A DNA stretch of 64,000 nucleotides, taken from assembly GCA_048940445.1 (NCBI GenBank), contig JBHLON010000003.1, positions 32,001-96,000 on the forward strand, given 5' to 3'. Below the pieces are notes generated by a model, which was not told where the DNA came from, did no database searches, and worked only from the letters and a program-made list of their open reading frames with translations. A program made the position numbers and the translations under genes. Source of the stretch: Promethearchaeota archaeon. GTDB lineage: Archaea; Asgardarchaeota; Lokiarchaeia; Sigyniarchaeales; SOKP01. This document shows positions 60,320 through 64,000 of the stretch, in pieces. Positions within the stretch are counted from its first letter, which is position 1; each line of letters opens with the position of its first letter.

Positions 60320-61837
60320 TTATAATTGTGGACTATTATTAAAACACCATAAATCCTTGATTCCTAGATTATCTCGTATCAAAGGAGTTTGAATTTGGTT
60401 TATATTTTTTAAAAATCCAGAGGGCATGAAATTTATTGCATAGTTAAATGCGGCTCCTATTGTCTGATTTTGGTTTAATTGATCCCAAAACTGATGAAAA
60501 AACCATGAACCAGCAAATCCATCAGGATTATTGTTATCTCGCCAGTACCATGAAAGAATATCAGTTGTAGATGTGATTAATATAGAATTAGGAATATTGT
60601 ACCAGCTTAATCCAATGTTTGAGTTTTGGTTCAAAAAGTTCCCACTAAAACAAATATCAATATTTATCAAAATCCTTTCGCAATTTATTTGTCTAATTAG
60701 ACTAAAAAATTCCAACTCAGTAATATAACTATCATCTGCTTCAAAATGAAACGTAGCATTACCATCTCCTAGAATTTTATTTGAACCGTGATCTACCAAA
60801 TAAATAATTAATTGATCATTTGATTGAATCCTAGAGGCAAAAGAACCTGTGATTGACACATTTAACTCCTGTTTGAACCTGCTAGCATTTACATCATCAT
60901 TTTCGACATCTACATCAGCAAGAGTCCCTGATCTATTTAGATCGTTAGGAAATCCATCAAATGCGTCAATATCGATTATGTTATCTCCAGTATGATATAA
61001 CATTAAAAAAATATTGTCATCTGTATATCCATGAGTTTTTAAAGTCCAGTAAACTTGAAGAGCTTGGGCAGGAAATCCATCTGAGTCTATATTACTCAAG
61101 GGTGGATTTGGGATAGGTGGTGGAAACCAATACTCTACTTTAACATCATCAAAAAGTACCATATCATTACCATTCATATAACCCTCAACTGCTAAAACTA
61201 AATTTAATTGTGTGATTTCATTTAGAGTCGAATTATCGGCAATCCCAGTTACATTCAAAAACATCCATCCCCAGAAACCTCCATATAATCCTTTCGACCA
61301 ATCCTCTCTTACTATACCATTGCTTGAATTCAACCACCGAAGTCCTATTCTTACCCCTGATCCAGGAGGTGTTATAATAGCAGGTGTAACTGGTGGAAAG
61401 TTTGTATTGGTTGTAATATTAACCCAGGCAGTAAGTCTGTATGCAGCAAATTTAAGTAACTCAAAATAATTTGTCCAATTGTATACAAATTCAGTATTAA
61501 CATATTTAGGTTGGGGAGGAGATGTTAATGCATATAGAAATATAAATCCAGGAGTATTATGACCAGGGAGTGAGGTATCAACTCCTCCAGATGCATTACT
61601 AAAATCTGGTATCCACATAGGTTCCCCTTCAATATCAAATTTTGAGTCCTTTCCATTATTAAAGTCAGGTTCCCCATCTTTTCTGTAATAATCATTTGCA
61701 CTACTAAGAATGAGTGCTTTTCTTAAACCATAAGTTGATGGCTGATTTAATGGTAAAATGATAATAACTAAAGCAATAATTAATATTCCAACGAAAAGGA
61801 TTATTATAAAAGGGACGTTCTTCTTTATATTCATCAT
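60320..61837 (-). CDS. Membrane-anchored C13 (legumain/GPI-transamidase clan CD) peptidase with inserted beta domain
   Basis: GYTDDNI.L, IYLVDHG (His) and IDICFSG (Cys) dyad, T.G.AFNYA, QTP. Confidence 0.8.
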   Translation of the reverse strand: MMNIKKNVPFIIILFVGILIIALVIIILPLNQPSTYGLRKALILSSANDYYRKDGEPDFNNGKDSKFDIEGEPMWIPDFSNASGGVDTSLPGHNTPGFIFLYALTSPPQPKYVNTEFVYNWTNYFELLKFAAYRLTAWVNITTNTNFPPVTPAIITPPGSGVRIGLRWLNSSNGIVREDWSKGLYGGFWGWMFLNVTGIADNSTLNEITQLNLVLAVEGYMNGNDMVLFDDVKVEYWFPPPIPNPPLSNIDSDGFPAQALQVYWTLKTHGYTDDNIFLMLYHTGDNIIDIDAFDGFPNDLNRSGTLADVDVENDDVNASRFKQELNVSITGSFASRIQSNDQLIIYLVDHGSNKILGDGNATFHFEADDSYITELEFFSLIRQINCERILINIDICFSGNFLNQNSNIGLSWYNIPNSILITSTTDILSWYWRDNNNPDGFAGSWFFHQFWDQLNQNQTIGAAFNYAINFMPSGFLKNINQIQTPLIRDNLGIKDLWCFNNSPQL

Positions 61838-61903
61838 TTCTCAATAAATCATTTAAATTTTATTTGAAATATTTTTAATCCAAAACTATTTTTTCAAAAA
61901 ACT

Positions 61904-62161
61904 TTAAATTTTTATTTTAAAGATGCTAATTCTTTTGTCAAATGGATCTTTAAATTTTTGAATAAAGTCATATTCTTGCAACTTTTTTAGTGCGTATGCG
62001 ACTGTACGTTTAGGAAGAAGACTCTTCTTTAATATTTGCATTTGATTTAAGGACCCTCGTTCTTTTAATATATACAATATAAATTTACTTGATGGTGATA
62101 AAGAATATAGATTAATTTTCTCTTCATAACTAGAAACTGAATATTTATCTTCTACAATCAT
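61904..62161 (-). CDS. Small wHTH (MarR-like) regulator
   Basis: LSPSSKFILYIL...LPKRTVAYALKKL...D.FDKR. Confidence 0.85.
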   Translation of the reverse strand: MIVEDKYSVSSYEEKINLYSLSPSSKFILYILKERGSLNQMQILKKSLLPKRTVAYALKKLQEYDFIQKFKDPFDKRISIFKIKI

Positions 62162-62277
62162 TTATTTTATCTTTCCAGAGACTAATTATTTGAATATAAT
62201 TCTTCAATTTAATATACTCTTTTTTCTTTAATAAGTATTTTGAATAATAATATACTTAAACGATTCCTTTAATCCTA

Positions 62278-62322
62278 ATTTCGATTTGAAACTAAAACTA
62301 AAATAATGTTTAAATCTGAAAC
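62278..62322. promoter_or_regulatory. Paired 15-bp palindromic operator between divergent wHTH and Lrp genes
   Basis: ATTTCGATTTGAAAC (62278-62292) and GTTTAAATCTGAAAC (62308-62322), 30 bp apart. Confidence 0.6.
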
Positions 62323-62492
62323 CCTCAATAGAAATTCAAGAGATGAACTTACATTATTGGAAGTTGAAATATATGTAAAAATGGCACTTAATTTTTTATA
62401 AAAAAAAAGATTTGTTAATTAGCGGATGTTCATCTCATATAACACTTCTTTGATCTATATAAAAATTTTAGAAAAGTGAGCAAGCACTCAGG

Positions 62493-63041
62493 ATGAATAA
62501 TAATCAGATAAAATTAGATAAAATTGATTTGAAGCTGATCTCAGTTTTACAAAAAGATCCCAGTTTAACTCATTACCAAATTGCCGAAATTATTAATCGG
62601 AGTCAACCGACTGTAGGAACTAGGGTAAGAAAACTTAAAGAAAAAGGAATTTTACAATTTCAAGCAGGGATAAATTTCAAAAAAATTGGAATTCAATTAG
62701 CAATTGTAAATTTAAATACAAAAAATCCAGAGGAAATAGTAGACATGGTAAATGATTGCCCTTTTATGCTAAATGCGTTTAGGCTAAGTGGAACGTTTAA
62801 TATGTCTGTTTTAATCGCAAATACAAATCTAAGAAAGTTAAATAACGTGGTCGATCAACACTTTAGAAATAATTCCAATGTTCAAAAAATTGTGATAGAA
62901 TTCATAACAGATACTGTAAAAAATTTTATTCTTCCAATTGACATTGATTCTGAACTTATTTTACCAAATTTAGAAGATGGTTGTAGCTCTAATTGCAGAT
63001 ATTGTGAATATAATAGAATAATGAGGTTCAAAAAATCTTAA
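62493..63041 (+). CDS. Lrp/AsnC family regulator with C-terminal Cys cluster
   Basis: LDKIDLKLI..LQ.D......IA......PTV..RVRKL.EKGIL HTH, RAM domain, tail CSSNCRYC. Confidence 0.92.
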   Translation: MNNNQIKLDKIDLKLISVLQKDPSLTHYQIAEIINRSQPTVGTRVRKLKEKGILQFQAGINFKKIGIQLAIVNLNTKNPEEIVDMVNDCPFMLNAFRLSGTFNMSVLIANTNLRKLNNVVDQHFRNNSNVQKIVIEFITDTVKNFILPIDIDSELILPNLEDGCSSNCRYCEYNRIMRFKKS

Positions 63042-63065
63042 ATAATTGAATCTTCAACTAAAAAA

Positions 63066-63998
63066 TCATAAAATCAAAGATTTAATTTTATCGTCTTCAA
63101 TTTTTTTACATGTAATTATATTATCCAATTTTTTAGAGTCAAATCCATAAATTATTGATCCACAGCTTTCTTTCAAGTCTGAATACCTAAGTGTGACTCC
63201 AGCAGCAAAATTAATCGTATCATTATCATATTTTCCTTGAATAATAGTTGTAGGTCCTGGTACTTCTTTAGCTTCCATCATTAAATCTTTTGAATTTTTA
63301 ATTTGAGTTAGCATATTATTTTCGAATTCATTCCTACCTATAATTATTTTAGAATTTTTATACCTAATATGTCTTCCGTATTTAAGAAAATTAATCTCGG
63401 GCATTGCTAAATCTTCATTAAAAGTAATATAGTCTCTCATTCTTCTAGAAAATTGTTTATCGGTTAATAAGCAACCACCACATGCAAAATATTTATTCAG
63501 AAGGCCATATTTTCTTGCTAGTTCGAGTTGTATTTTTCTACTCCTACCCTTTATTCCCATCAATTTAGATCTATCAATTAATCCACTTTTTTCTACATTA
63601 GTAGGTGGTAATAATAAAGCGGACAATGGTCTTAATAACTGACCTGTAAGACCAGATTCATTTTCTACTATTTTTAAAGCCTTTAAATTTTGAGATTTAG
63701 GTCTCTGATCTAAAACTTCTCCAGTAAATACAAAATCTGCTCCCAATTTTTTCATAATTTTCATTGCTTTTTTGAGGATGTAAATCCTACAATCAATACA
63801 AGGATTTAAGTTTTTCCCGTATCCAAATTTTGGATGGCGTATGATCTCTAAATAGTCATCTCCTTTTTGAGCAAATAAAACGGAAATTCCTAACTTTTCA
63901 TAATAGAGATTTAACCCACATTCTGAACTTTTTAATGCTTTATCGCAGATACAAAATGGAGATTTAAAATTAAGTCCGATAACTTCTATACGTTGTAA
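63066..63998 (-). CDS. ThiI-like tRNA sulfurtransferase / DUF814 family protein (5' end outside window)
   Basis: Frame open to window end (...GKNLNPCIDCR...); TGEVLDQRPKSQ, LLRPLSA, GRSRK.Q, GGCLLTD, GRH. Confidence 0.85.
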   Translation of the reverse strand, partial: LQRIEVIGLNFKSPFCICDKALKSSECGLNLYYEKLGISVLFAQKGDDYLEIIRHPKFGYGKNLNPCIDCRIYILKKAMKIMKKLGADFVFTGEVLDQRPKSQNLKALKIVENESGLTGQLLRPLSALLLPPTNVEKSGLIDRSKLMGIKGRSRKIQLELARKYGLLNKYFACGGCLLTDKQFSRRMRDYITFNEDLAMPEINFLKYGRHIRYKNSKIIIGRNEFENNMLTQIKNSKDLMMEAKEVPGPTTIIQGKYDNDTINFAAGVTLRYSDLKESCGSIIYGFDSKKLDNIITCKKIEDDKIKSLIL

Positions 63999-64000
63999 CT

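Noticed and set aside
301-61469. Numerous short ORFs antisense to or overlapping longer genes (e.g. 7017-7322, 17363-17746, 18267-18590, 31737-32048, 34204-34467)
   Set aside because: Shadow ORFs of well-supported genes with no independent motifs

Overview
AT-rich archaeal chromosome segment, most likely a Lokiarchaeia/Promethearchaeota (Asgard) genome. This is inferred from Loki-CTERM-type I(P/S)G(Y/F) membrane anchors, a HEAT+LRR protein, NosD beta-helix surface proteins and an Hdr/Mvh/Fwd/AOR/corrinoid gene set. Left third: cytochrome c maturation System I (ccmB partial, ccmA, ccmF), a membrane/FAD/Fe-S oxidoreductase operon, hdrCBA-mvhD-polyferredoxin, an enlarged mvhG, hypEDF, purF and mobA. 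The middle and right hold rearranged dpp permeases, fwdA, a free-standing LAGLIDADG endonuclease, surface proteins, AOR, a corrinoid/methyltransferase pair, a C13 peptidase and regulators. Main finding: the apparently broken fwdA (30996-32777) is one reading frame interrupted by two 30-nt insertions (31579-31608 and 32002-32031). Each folds into a bulge-helix-bulge (BHB) motif, the substrate of the archaeal tRNA-splicing endonuclease. Cutting at the standard BHB positions restores the conserved W-G-K-N and G-P-W-E-F motifs, removes the in-frame TGA and gives a 573-aa FwdA. These are candidate mRNA micro-introns in a C1-metabolism gene, lying tail-to-tail with a homing-type endonuclease. Second finding: paired 15-bp palindromes (GTTTCA-N3-TGAAAC, 30-31 bp apart) occur at four loci, including two redox operons and a Cys-tailed Lrp regulator, suggesting a redox regulon. 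No tRNA, rRNA, CRISPR array or IS transposase was recognised. All family calls come from motif recognition by eye; no database search was run.
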